A stretch of DNA of 64,000 nucleotides from Geosiphon pyriformis uo1. Taxonomy: Eukaryota; Fungi; Glomeromycota. Positions 1 through 12,805 of this stretch are shown in pieces. The stretch spans positions 1 through 64,000 of the forward strand of contig JAAOMT010000414.1 of the NCBI GenBank assembly GCA_016748015.1, in the 5' to 3' direction. The notes below the pieces were generated by a model. The model searched no databases, had not been told where the DNA came from, and saw only the letters and a list, made by a program, of their open reading frames with translations. Each line of letters begins with the position of its first letter. The first letter of the stretch is position 1. A program made the position numbers and the translations under genes.

Positions 1-742
1 ATCCAGTTGAATTTGTAGCAAGAAGAATTGTAATCCAAGATTTATCCTATAAAAAACCTAATTAATTTAATATAACAATAATATATAACGATAACAATTG
101 GTAAGTATAATATATCAATTTTTTTCCTGCATTTTAACATTTTGTAAGTGTTTGATTTGGTCCCATACGAAAAAATAATCCTGTTTCATCAGCATTATAT
201 ATGTCAGCAGGATCAAATTCGGATATACTGGTTTTTAATTTTCTTCGTTCTTCTGGTAAACTTTCAGTTGATACACTTCCTGCTTCACCATGAAATCGGT
301 AAACACGTAACTGGTTTCGTTTTTTGAATTTTTAAACCCATCCATTTGAGAATTGCATTTCATTTTCGTGCATACCAAGAAGTTTGGCAAATTCTTTTCC
401 TTTCTCTTTAATTAGTTGATCATTGAATTCGATAGTGGCTGCAGTTATTTGTTCTACCCAATAACTTAAATCTTGGTCTAATAATGGAAATTTAACGCTT
501 TTGTGTTGAATAGATCTTTCTGAGATTTCATCAATTTCAATATTCAACCACTTTGCATGCTCTTTGATTATCTTGGAGACAGTTGGACGAGAAATATGAA
601 GTTCTGGATATTTATTATTGAAGTAAGCTACAATATAATCATGTTTCGTGCCATAGTGATTTTTGGAATATTGACAAATTTCTTTACGAAAAGCATCATT
701 AACTGCTGCTCGTTTTTGTTTTTTGAATAAAGGTTCCGACAT
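1..742 (-). mobile_element. pogo/Tigger-family DNA transposase (CENP-B-type HTH + start of DDE_1 domain), pseudogenised, runs off window start
   Basis: ORF 742..332 has Tigger-like HTH and FSNGW motif. It continues past a stop as KFKKRNQL..FHGEAGSV..DIYNADETGLFF, then AGKKL|intron 115..47|DKSWITILLATNSTG. Confidence 0.9.
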
Positions 743-1273
743 TGTGATAATTTAGCAAGTCTGTTAGAAAATGTGCCTCCCCCAGTTTATTATTTGATTT
801 AAATTTATTTGTCGGCAATTTTATCATGTTCTGAGATAAAATAATGGCCAATCATTTTTGTGGTGAAACAATAATTTAGCAATCGTTATTAATGGCGGCA
901 GTTATGGAGTTCATTTAATCATTTGTCAATTATTTATTTATTTATTTATTTATTTTTGTATTATCACGTGAGCTGCCATTTTTGGTACCAAAATCTTTGA
1001 CAGCTAACAAATAACATTTTTTCTAAATAAGAGTTTACCTAATACAAAACCCTCGAAAACATTGTATTTTTAATTTTAATCATATATTTTTTTAAAAGGA
1101 CAATTTTCCTTGTCCCTTTAAAAAGAGTCGAAATAAAATAGTTTTCAAGTCAAATTAAGACATAAATTATAAGAAATATTAAATGTACGTGGAAATTCTT
1201 ATTGAAATTATTAAAAAACATCTATTAGCTTTAAAAGTTGAAAACTAGTCCTACTACATCCTTTGTTTTTAGG

Positions 1274-1276
<3 letters not shown>

Positions 1277-1309
<33 letters not shown>
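1277..1309. repeat. (GAT)n microsatellite
   Basis: Direct tandem repeat. Confidence 0.95.
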
Positions 1310-1310
<1 letters not shown>

Positions 1311-1474
1311 GGTATCCTCCAAAATTCAATAGCTTTGTTAAATTTTTAATTTTTCTAATGTTAAAGAATGCTAGAGCCAAGTGAAATGTTTAATAAATAC
1401 CTACGGAGAAAGTCTGCATTTCAGTTTAATAAAAAATTTGCTCTTAAAGAATTTTTTATTGGTATAGCTTTATT

Positions 1475-3300
1475 TTAACTCATGCCTCGGAATGAATCGA
1501 ACTATATACGGTTTAGTAGTTTGAAAAATAGACTAAAAAGAATTGCTTAAATCAATGGGAATAGATTTTTCAGTTGCATCTCTTTTTGTATTTTCAATTT
1601 GAAAGCCTAAAGTAGCGTGCTTTGACATATACAGCATTTCTGCTTCAGTTTATCTAGTTTCACCGAAAAATGTAAATTATTTATTTAGTTTATTCTTTTA
1701 AGTAAAAAGGCAATAAAATGGTTGAAAATTTATGAAATAACCAAATTAAATAAATTCTGGTACACTCTTGTTGAAAATATATATTGATCTTGATTTTGGT
1801 AGGGTCCTTTTATGGAAGCACTCATACTTTTTTTTTTTTTTTTTTGAATTAATAAATCGATTTAAATTGAAAATATTAGAGTTTTAGTACCGGTTCTTGT
1901 CCGACTTCAATCCATAAATATTAAAGATTATTGCTAAATTTTTAAATTTTATTTCCATATATTCAACATCTTGTTCAAGTTATTTAGATGCCAATGAGAT
2001 CTAGAAATAAAAACAGATGCATAAAGGCATTAATTTTTGAAAAATTAGGAGATTAAGCATAATCAAAAAGAAAGTTTCGAAACTGGAGGAGCCCAACGAA
2101 TAGCTTCTTTAACAAGCGATTGGACATATAGAAGGAGATAAAGTAGGAATTAGTTGGCAAATGCTCACATCCAACTACTCTATCTAATTCTTCATGAGCT
2201 TTTGCTAAAACTTTGGATAATTTATCAAAATTTCAATGAGTCAATGTATATTAGTTGCTGTAGTTTTCTATATATATATATTTTACAAAAAATGAAATTT
2301 TAAAACTCAATCTTTTTTAAAAGAGATATTTGTTGCATATAAAATGTTATTTGTATATGCTATTCCTACAAGTAAAAAAACAATTCAGACAGTTTGATCA
2401 TGTCAAATTCATCAATTAATCTTCATCCCGTTTTCTCAAAAAATTCTAACAGACACTTGGTTTTTTCTCTGAATCATCTACCACTCTTTCAACAAGCTTC
2501 ACATTACTGCTTCCCACTCTTTGCATGATTTAAGAGTTTTTGAAAGCTTCTTTCAGGAGGAAATAAGAGTAAAATTGGAAATCAATTTAGAAACAAAATT
2601 TATAATTTAATCAGGTTAATGTGTCTTGTAAAGAATTGATCTAACTTTTTCTAAAGGAGATTTTCGAAATTTTCTAAATTTAATCGCAAAAATAAAGTTT
2701 ACAATAATATTAAATGATGTAAAATTGAATTTATTCATAGGGTTAATTCCTTCTGGTTTGTTAATATCCTTTAAAATATCAGACATGAAGTCTTTGGTGC
2801 TTCTGCGATCAGATGAGAATAAGATTTAATTTTCCGTTAATTTTAAAAACTGTGAGCTTTTTGAAGAAAAAATTTTAAATTTTCTCAAAAAATGGTATTA
2901 GCAAAAGTATCAAATTGTGACCTTGCTTTCACTCCATAGCAAACATACGTCACTGTGAAAAAGGTTTTAGAACCGTTTATTATCCAAATTTTAATGATGT
3001 TTTATTATTATATGGCTTTTTTCTTTCTGCCTCACTCTTTGTCAAAAAAAGTTTTGGATGTATTTTTAATTTAAATTATTTACTACTTTAGTCAATTTTA
3101 TTTTATTTTTTATTTAGCTAATTTAAATTTCCAGTTGATGAAAATAAAATTTGAGAGGAATCTAAATTTTTTTCAGTGATAACAGACTCCTGTTAGCTTC
3201 TTATGCCTCAAAGAATTTTCTTAACAAATCAAATTTAATTTTTAAAATCACGGATCTATTTTATTTTAATGTGGTATTTGATAAGAATCATTCCAATCAT
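1475..3300 (-). pseudogene. Cytochrome P450 pseudogene (intron-containing; 5' boundary approximate)
   Basis: Minus-strand translation gives AKAHEELDRVVG..LPT (~2200-2145), LVKEAIRW (ExxR, ~2110), NIFNLNRF (PERF-like, ~1860), GFQIE..IPID (~1610-1550) and KPYIVRFIPR (~1520-1485). Frameshifts, stops and a decayed heme motif are present. Confidence 0.85.
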
Positions 3301-4409
3301 AATAGAGGTATAAAATGAAGCTATTAATAACTTTAAAAATTTGTGTTTTCAATTTATCATCATTATTAAAATTTTTTCATGGCTAAGGATCATATATGTA
3401 TTAAAAGAGAATTTTTAGATTTTTGAAACCTTTTTCACCACCAGTTTGGCATAATCATTATTACTAGGTCTTCTATATTCTAATTTGTGACACTGATTAA
3501 AGTCATAAAAACATATATCAAGCCAGCTTATTGAAATAACTATAATATTATAACACATCCAAAAATCCACTTTAGTTTAAACTTTGTGAAATTTCCCGAT
3601 TTTTAAAGACTTGGGAGACATTGACTAGTTAAAAATTATGATATAAAACAGTATATAGAATGTATATGAAAATTTTCTGAAAGCTTCAAAGGTTGCCTGA
3701 AATTAATTTCTCCAAACGAAATCATATTTTTAGATCAGATGAGAACGGGAAAATTTGTTATATTGTTAAAGGTAGATGGGAGAGAGGCAGAATTCTATTT
3801 TTAGGGAAAGAAAATAAAAAGTATAAGCAAAGTTTAGTTACGAAAATTGATTTGAAATATCTTAAAAATTGAATATTTCAATTCAGATGAGGTATTTTCT
3901 TTTATCTCTATTTTTTTTTCAAACATTAAAAACGGTATCGACATAGTTTCTTGCGCATTTTTGTCGTGTTTACTCTAGATACATCATTAAATGCTATGGA
4001 ATTATAAAAGACATTAAAACCAATGGCGTTTGGGTTTTAAGTCTTTTGGCACCTTATTACTGCATTTTTTTTAATTTCCTGCAGAATTCGACCTTTAAAA
4101 CATCCATCAATAATACATTATTGATTACAATTATTCTTTTTGAATAATTAATATTAATGCTAATGGTTCAATAATTCGTTATTTTTCATAGCATATATAC
4201 CCTTTTTCTTGGATATTTCTACCTTATAATGTTAGTTTTTACTAAACTTTCAATACAGTGTTTAATGAATTAGTAAAAGAAAAAAAAACCAAATTTTTTG
4301 TTAATATAAATAAGTACTCACGTGTAATTTAGGTTATTACATTTATTACTACAATCTTTAATTTTCATTTATGCATATTGTGATATTTATCAGATAAATA
4401 AAGTAAATA

Positions 4410-5380
4410 TGATTTTCAAAAAGTTATAACATTTCTACACCGAAATAGCTGCTAACAATCCAGCCACAGTCTTCAACTCGCAAGACTTTACCTCTCTTAG
4501 TGAAAATGCTCTTTCCTCAATTTTAACCCGAGATGATCTAAATATAGAAGAATCTGAAATATGTGACAAAGATTGTGAAATGGGGAATTGCTAAATTGGA
4601 TCCAAATATTCAGGTAGAAAAAGTTCTTAGCTAGACAGATGAAAAATTTAACGTCTTTAAGGAATCCATTGAAAGGTTTTACCTTTAATCCGCTTCTTTA
4701 AAATATTTTTAGTTTTACTTCTATTACAAAGTAAACCATTTGCAAGAATTTTAGGGTATACTTTATATGAAAATCTTCTACATTATTATCTCGTAACGGG
4801 TAGTCATCAAGAGACTGTAGACTCTCAGCCATTACGTTGTTCTCGATCAAATATTGATTCAAAGATTCTTCAATTGCATGATATAAAACAGCTAGGTCAT
4901 TGAATTCAGGACAAAGACAAAAATACCCCTTTTTAAAAATCAACTTGAAAATAATTTTAATTTGTTACTCTGAGGCAGTCGAGACGGATTCACTCCAGCC
5001 GATTTTCATCGACTATGCAATGATAAAGGAGCAACAGTTAGCGTAATTAAAGTGAAAGGGGCTGGTCAGCTAATTGGTGACTATAACCCACAATTGTGGT
5101 ATTCTAGGGATGATTATTTGGAGGGAAAAGGAAGTTAAATTTTTTCCCTTAGAGATGGTAAAGCTGTAAATGCACATATGGCCTTGTGGTGTGTTAAATT
5201 ATGGACCCTATTTTTGAAATAATAATATTTATTTGTATAACAATGACTTTGAGAGTAGCCCAGAGTGCTTTTGTAAAAAGATATCAGATTATAGGCATGC
5301 TATAATGCCTGGATTAAAAAATCAACATGTGACTTTCCTTTTCGTGAAGTATAAAGTTTTTCAAAATTATAAAAAGATAA
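4410..5380 (+). pseudogene. BTB/BACK-TLDc family pseudogene, copy 1
   Basis: EIAANNPATVFNSQDFTSLSENALSSILTRDDLNIEE..IVKWGIA (BACK) followed by GSRDGFTPADFHRLCNDKGATVSVIKVKG..LIGDYNP (TLDc), with stops and frameshifts. Confidence 0.85.
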
Positions 5381-6228
5381 ATGCTTTTTATTTAATTTGA
5401 TTATACATATTCTGAATACTATTATCTAAGAAATTGTCACTTGTAGAATATTCTATAGGCAGCTATTTTGAGCTTCACAATAAAGTTAAAAGAATATTTT
5501 TTGATCTATTTTAAACATTAAAAAAATTTTAAAACTTAAAAAATTTATTTTAGTTAACTTTTTATCATAGGCTAGAAACAAAAAACGTTCTAATTAGAAA
5601 TATGACTTTGAAAGACATAATTTTAATTGCTCGCTAACTAAAAATGTAAACTTTAGATAGTTTTTTAGTTGTTTATTGGATAATGAAAAATAAAAAAATA
5701 TACTTAAGCAAATATTCAATAAGGAAAATTTGAGAGAATAAAGGTTTTCAATTAAAAGATAACCTCAGCTTGTGATAATGGACATTTATCAATCAAGATT
5801 TATTTGGATAAGATATAGTTTCAATTGCAGAGTCATTTTAAAATGAAAAATATTAAGAAAAACTCATTTTATTGAATACTTTGAAAATTCCCCTGCATTT
5901 AAGGATCGCTGTAAATAAAAATATTTATTTATTATTATTATTATTAATCAATATAAAATATAAAATGCAGGATTTCAAGCTTTTCTAGAAATCTCTTTTC
6001 AGAATATTCGATTGAGTTCATTTGACGCTTTCAAGAAAAAAGAAAATTAATTAATTATTCATTTATTTATGTTTGCAATCGACAATGGTCAAAAAATTGT
6101 ATTCATGTGACTTTATAAATTCGTTGCATTGATTAAATTAAATTCATATTTCCTATTGATAAAAACTGTGGTTTATTAAAAGGTAGAATTGGCTATTTTA
6201 AATAAAAAAATTAAAAAACCTTGAAATA

Positions 6229-6676
6229 ATGAAATATCAAAAGCTCACTCCCAATGAAATAACATTAGTTTTCATTGCCTGCCTTCTTGTTTTATCGACC
6301 GACGGTTTTGCATTTCCTGGTATGAAAAAATATCACCTCAGCGTTAATCATCATGATACGGAATTTAAAAATCAATTTCTTTCGTTTTTTTTTTGTCAAG
6401 AATCTGGAAAAAAATGCCCAATACCATTCTGCCGTGATCCATGTGAAGTTGCTGCTTGTGAAATAAACTGTGTATCGGTTCCTGGAGAGAAGTGTGATTC
6501 ATGTCCTGTAGCTCGTTGCATTATTCCTGGTAAGTTCAGGGAAAACTTGATTTCAACAAATATTTAGTAAGCCAGGATGATATATCAAATTAATTATAGA
6601 CGAAGAACCTAAAGGTTGGAAACCCGAAAAAAAATCTAAAGGCTGGAAAATTGGCAATCCTCATTGGAGTTGGTAA
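6229..6676 (+). CDS. Small secreted 8-Cys protein (Opy2-CRD-like spacing), Trp/Lys-rich tail; exons 6229-6319, 6401-6529, 6600-6676
   Basis: Signal-peptide-like N-terminus and two in-phase GT-AG introns. Product ends ...CPIPFCRDPCEVAACEINCVSVPGEKCDSCPVARCIIPDEEPKGWKPEKKSKGWKIGNPHWSW*. Confidence 0.8.
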
Positions 6677-7015
6677 CAAACGGTTATAAATTTCCTGGTT
6701 GGTCTCAATAGTAGAAAGAAAGTGAGAGAGATTATATTGAAAATAGATCTTTAAGCTAAAAAGACAAGTTAGGTTAGCACAGAATTATGTATTTCATTCA
6801 ACCCAATAAAAGATACGATGCAGTGAAATAAAACGCTATGACATTTAGTATGGCTCCAAAGAACAAAACTTGATTTATTTAGAAAAAGCTAATTGAAAAT
6901 TCACATTTTTCAAGTTTTCTGTTGATTTATCTTTGTTCTCAAAGTCGTTACAACATAATTCTTTTGAAAGACAATTTAGAAAAACTATATATATTTTTTG
7001 TTTGCAATAATTATC

Positions 7016-7039
7016 ATAATAATAATAATAATAATAATA

Positions 7040-7074
<35 letters not shown>

Positions 7075-7113
7075 TCTTGTTGTTGTTGTTGTTGTTGTTT
7101 TTGTTGCTGTTGT
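7016..7113. repeat. Compound (AAT)n(TAT)n(TGT)n microsatellite
   Basis: Direct tandem repeats. Confidence 0.95.
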
Positions 7114-7626
7114 TGATGGTTTTTTATTAAAATGAAACAATCCCTTGCTTTCGTTGGTTAGCTAAAGTGGTGCAAAATAAATTTTGACTAATTCTAGAAT
7201 TTACGATTAGTTAGTTTCTATTGAGGGTAGCTCATTGTGGTGGTGAGGCTAAATGTGTTGATTCAGGTATTTGATAAAAATATTTTAGTTTTAAAACATC
7301 TTGAGAATTATTTAAAGGTTTCGAAATTCTCTTATGAACTTAAATTAATAGGAGGGTGGTGTGTTGTTTGACAAAAAGAAACTTTCTTTAAAAATATTGA
7401 ATGGGTTTTTTGTTTAATTGTTTGCTTGTTTATTGTATCTTGTGATATTAGGAAAGATAAATTTTGAATGCTCAGATGTCGAGGGAATAAAAAAATATTA
7501 TCCTAAGGAACGAGACGAATAGCTTATCTAATTAATTAGAAGACATTTTTAATTACGCAACATTTCTGTTAATAAAAACTTGGTTGATAAATGTGTTTCA
7601 ACATTAAGAAAAAAATTCTTTAGTAT

Positions 7627-8037
7627 TTTCGTTCGTTCGTTCGTTCGTTCGTTCGTTCGTTCGTTCGTTCGTTCGTTCGTTCATTCGTTAGTTCGTTCGT
7701 TCATTCGTTAGTTCGTTCGTTCGTTCGTTAGTTCGTTCGTTCGTTCGTTCGTTAGTTCGTTCGTTCGTTCGTTAGTTCGTTCGTTCGTTAGTTCGTTCGT
7801 TCGTTCATTCGTTCGTTCGTTCGTTCGTTCGTTCGTTCATTCGTTCGTTCGTTCGTTCGTTCGTTCGTTCGTTCGTTCGTTCGTTCGTTCGTTCGTTCGT
7901 TCGTTCGTTCGTTCGTTCGTTCGTTCGTTCGTTCGTTCATTCGTTCATTCGCTCATTCGTTCATTCGCTCATTCGTTCATTCGCTCATTCGTTCGTTCGT
8001 TCGTTCGTTCGTTCGTTCCTTCGTTCCTTCGTTCGTT
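7627..8037. repeat. Long (TTCG)n tract with TTCA/TTAG/CTCA variants
   Basis: About 410 bp of tetranucleotide repeat. Confidence 0.97.
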
Positions 8038-8603
8038 TCTTTTAACATTTCTAAAATAGAGATTTCCATATAACGAGACAATTAATTAATTTATTAAAGA
8101 GAATATGGCTCAAAGAGTATATTCATCACTTTAAACCATTTAAGAATCCCTTTATAAATTTCGAGTTAGGAATGAATAATATAATCTTAATCAACTCTAA
8201 ATTAGCCTTACTGCTTCCATCCTTAGACTAAATGAGACAATAAATTCACCTATTCTTATGTGACCACTCACAATTGATGGAAATACATTTTTCTTTTTGT
8301 AATCAAGCGATCCATAATTATTAACTCCCCAAAATTATACCAATTAACATTTTGAACTTGCGATCGATTTGATGTTTATTTATTCTATATCATAAAGGCA
8401 AGAGGTATTTTTTTTTCCATTACAATAGAGATGAAACCTCTTTAAAATTTTTGTTTACAATTAATCATTTTTTTTAAAGCTTAATCTCTTTACAGGAAAA
8501 TAAAATATAATTCAAATTTTCGATAATTGAAATTTTTAAGATAAAAAAATTTTACTTGATGGTCACAAAATAACATAAATCTAAAATTCTTTAATGATTT
8601 AGT

Positions 8604-9077
8604 TCACCTATAACTCCTTATAACCCCCTTACCACCTCTGTCTCGTCCTCTGCCCCTTCCTCTCCCATTCGAATTACCCCGGCTACGGTTACCTTTATCT
8701 TTATCCTTCGGAGCTATACACTTATAACTTCCACAATCATTACAAGTTTTTGGAATATCTACGCAGGTTAGGGGTGAAGAACACGGATCAGGTAAACAGT
8801 GGTCAAATGTTGGGCATGCGGTGCATACGGCTATTTGGGTAATTTGGAGAAAAGCAAGAAGCAAAAAATTTAAACGTGAATTACAGTAAATTCTATCACT
8901 GAGAATTTTATTCAATGAAATTAAGGGCAAGAATCAGAAAAAAGTAAAGGTTTTATTACTTAATGAATTTTGATTCAGCTCAGAAGTTGGATGGCTGTCG
9001 CAGGACAGGAAAATAAAGAGAAAAAACGAAAAATTTTTAAAAATGAAGCTAAGCGTGATTTCAAAAAATCCGTACAT
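8604..9077 (-). CDS. Small secreted 8-Cys Opy2-CRD-like protein with Arg/Gly-rich basic tail; exons 9077-8960, 8830-8604
   Basis: Hydrophobic N-terminus and a phase-1 GT-AG intron. Core is CTACPTFDHCLPDPCSSPLTCVDIPKTCNDCGSYKC, followed by GRGRGRGRDRGGKG. Confidence 0.8.
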
Positions 9078-9274
9078 TTTTTCAGAGAATTTTTTGTGTG
9101 TCAAGTTTAAAAGGGACACTGATTAATATAGTAAAGGTGAAACTTTATTAATTATAAGTTTTTCTTTGTTTGGTAGTACATTTCTTTTGACCAAAAGATT
9201 TCAGGACTAATTAAGTCAAATACGAAATACATATAGAAACTATTGTCATATTATACAATTCACATTGTAATATA

Positions 9275-9366
9275 CTGTAAAGTCCCAAAAATAACCAACC
9301 CTTTACATTATCAATTTCGGCCCGAATTCTGAGAGTGATTGATTGTTTATTTTTGGGACTTTACGG
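9275..9366. mobile_element. 92-bp MITE (Tc1/mariner-pogo type)
   Basis: 24-bp TIR C(T/C)GTAAAGTCCCAAAAATAA(C/A)CAA (22/24 match), flanked by TA on both sides. Confidence 0.8.
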
Positions 9367-10859
9367 TACATAATTTTTAAGATTTAATTTAATAAAAGAA
9401 AGTTATCTTTTTCAAAAATGTCAAGTTTGAATTTAATAAAAGACCAACTAAACAGAGATACAAAATATAAAATTTATTCTAAAATTAATTTTAAACGATA
9501 TGGTGATTCCAAACTTAAAAAAAATTGTTTCATTATGATCAAAGGTTTAGGCAAACCATCTGACTTGTGTAATAAACAATTATTGTTATTGTTCAACAGG
9601 TGGTTTTTGTTTTGTTAAAAAAAAAATTATATAATCGAAAATCAAATATTTGGAATAAAATGTTATGTGCTTTATTTAGTTGGCATCATTTAATTAGTGT
9701 CTTCTTCATATCCCCCACAGAATTCTTTAATCTGCAAACCATTCTGTTTAGAAGAATAAACAATAAAAATACTCACCACTAACTAACACGATAACGCCCA
9801 CTTCATGGAACACACCAGCACCAGCTTGACTCATCCAAGAAGCTTTTAATATTAAAAGGATCCTTGCAGAATGATTCCTAATATACAAAAAAATGCATCT
9901 TTTGATTACTTTCAAATTTCAAGCTTAATGTTCATCCACTTAACGATGAGCATAAGCAATATGGGGGTTTTTGCATAATTGAAGATAAGCTCAACTTCCA
10001 TTGCAGGGAATATTCAATCCTCTTTTGAGCTAAACCTCAAGCGGTCATTAAAATCAAGGGCAACTATGTGCTGCCTGGATGAAAATCTACATGTTCCTTG
10101 TTGTTTGTTATATTAGCCTTTTATTGACTCTTGCCATTAATAAGTATTCGTTCCGGTTGGAAGATCATGTGATGAACTCCCAAACCTGTACACGCTTAAC
10201 TGAAGCCATGGACCATAAAGCCTCATGTTGTGAGGAAATGATTCTTTTAATAAGGTTTTAATTAATTTTTATACTTGATATGATTTGCTTATTTTAGGTT
10301 GTAATCTTAAAATGATTATTGCACTTTGCGTAAAACTTACATTCTAAATTGAAGAAATAAAAGTTTTTATGTATAATGTCTAACGAGATAGTTACAAAAT
10401 ACAATACTTAAAAGATTGGATCAATGAAGAATTTCACAACGAAGGATATTTTTATCATTGATTGTTGCTTCAGATTTTTCGGTAACACATTTATGGAAAA
10501 GACGATAAAAACTTTTGATTTCTAAAAGAATTTTCTCGTATTAAGCGCTAAATAATAACGAATAGATAAGCATAAAATTAACTGATATACTTTTCCTTAA
10601 TTCAAAAAACTCTAAAGACAAATGAACATCTTTGCCAAGTTTCTTTAACTCGCTATTTTATGAAGTTAATTTTAGACAGTCATAATATTATTGTTACACA
10701 CTTTTAAAACGATTGAAAAAATGATAAACATGACCTATGATCAATTTTTTATAATAATAAAAAAAGTTTTGAAATTATTAAAGTCATGCTTTTCCAAATT
10801 AATGAACTTTGTATTAAACCTAACATAAAAGTGTTCAAAACCAAATATTTATTAAGAAA

Positions 10860-11930
10860 AATTATTTTAATAAATAATGTTCCAAAAAATGAAAAGAAAA
10901 ATAAGCAAACTGTTTAAGTAGTCTTACTGATGGTAACAAGTTTCTGGATAATATTTAAATGAATAAAAAACTTATTTGCTCTTAATATAATATATTTCAA
11001 CAAATTTTTCATGCATAAAAGCTAGAAAAAAAATGTTACCACTTTGCAAAAAACTTCTATTTACACAATATTCATTCAAAAAGTTATAAAAAATTTGCAT
11101 TAAAATAGCTGTCAACAATCCAGCTATAGTTTTCAACTCGCAAGATTTTATCCCCCTCAGTAAAAATGCTCTTTTCTTAGTTTTAACCTAGAATGACCTA
11201 AATATAAAAGAATCTAAGATATGGGAAAAGATTAAGAAATGGTTAGTTGCTAAATTAGATCCAAATATTCAGGTAGAATAAGTTCTTAGCTGGACAGATG
11301 AAAACTTTAACCCCTTTAAGGAATTCATTGAAAGATTTTACCTTTAATCCGCTTCTTAAAAATATTTTTAGTTACTTTTATCACAAAATAAACCATTTGC
11401 AAGAATCTTGGCGGGTACTTTATATAAAGATCTTCTAAATTATCAGGTAGTCATCAAAAGTCTGTAGACGCTCAGCCATTACGTTTTTCTCAATCAAATA
11501 TTCATTAAAAGCTTCTTCAATCTCATAATATAAAACAGCTTAATCCTTGATTTCAAGGAAAAGAAGAATATGCTCTTTTTTAAGATCAACTTGGTAATAA
11601 TTTTGATTTGTTACTTCGAGCCAGTCGGGACGAACCCACTCCAGCCAATATGCGATGATAAAGGAGCAAACAGTAAGTGACGGAAATGGCAAAGCTGGAA
11701 ATGCTAAGTTAGCAAATTTGCTAACGAATATAGACCTTATAATAGACCAAATTTTGGACGCTGTTTTGGAGTTTGCAATATTGGATTAGGTGGCAATTAT
11801 TTTAAAAATAGTCCAGGGTGCTATTGCAAAAAGACAATTATGAGCATGTTATAATGCCTGGCTCAAAAAATTAGAAGGTGAATTTTTCTATTGAAGAAAT
11901 ATAAAGTTTTTCAAATCATAAAAAGATAAA
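10860..11930 (+). pseudogene. BTB/BACK-TLDc family pseudogene, copy 2 (segmental duplicate of ~4410-5790, homology extends to ~12350)
   Basis: Colinear with copy 1, including the downstream non-coding sequence. Internal deletion in TLDc. Confidence 0.85.
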
Positions 11931-12805
11931 TTTGCCTTTATTAAAAAATATAATTATATCTTTTCTGAATGTTTTGCTACCTATCTTAGAAATTTTTACT
12001 GGCAGAATATTCTTTAGCCCACTATTTTAGGCTTACAATAAAGATAAAAGAATATCATTTTATCCATTTTAATTATCAAAATAACTTGAGAAATTATAAG
12101 TTATTTTAATAAACATTTATCTTGCAAGTTTAGGTTTTTATCACAGGCTAAAATCACAAAACATTCTTTAGCTGAATAGCATTAGAATATAATTTTAAAC
12201 GCATACTTGTTGTTTTCCATTAGTTAAATTGTAAACTTTAAACAGTCTTTTGGTTTTTTAATGGCAATGAAATAAAATACATTTTTAATAAAAAACTTTA
12301 GGAGACTTGAAAAAAGTAAAAGTTTTCAACAAAAATAGAACTTTAGCATTAAGCCACTAACTTTTTGATAAATAGATTCTTCTAAACAATATTTTTAAAA
12401 TGGGTTTTTTCTAATAAACTCGAAATACCTAATTGCTTCCTTTTTATTCTATTTAGAAATGAATAACTTTTTTTAATTGAAATTAAAATCCTCATTGTCC
12501 AAAAAATTGCATTCGAAAATAATTGTTAAATTATTAATACGATTATATTTTTTTTGTTCTGTTCCCTCATAATTTTGAGTTTGCATATCAAATAACTTAT
12601 AAAGGTTCTCAGAACCTGGGTTTCATGTTAATTTCATCTCCGATTTTGCGACCAAGATTATTGAAATGCATAATAATTAGTCAAACTCGGGCTAGGCATA
12701 TATTAATTTGTTGAGTGAAGAGGCTTGTTTCCAAAAACCAAAAATTTTTAGTGAATATTAATAGACTATTCTGTGATCTCCCCATAGAATAGTAGTAGTT
12801 TACCC

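Noticed and set aside
4698-4943. 81-aa minus-strand ORF
   Set aside because: It is antisense to the BACK-TLDc pseudogene.
6922-7116. ORF with poly-N/Y/C
   Set aside because: It is the translation of a compound microsatellite.
9780-10260. GC-elevated island with a weak pirin-like string (WMSQAGAGVFHEV, minus strand)
   Set aside because: There is no continuous frame or second motif, so it cannot be assigned.
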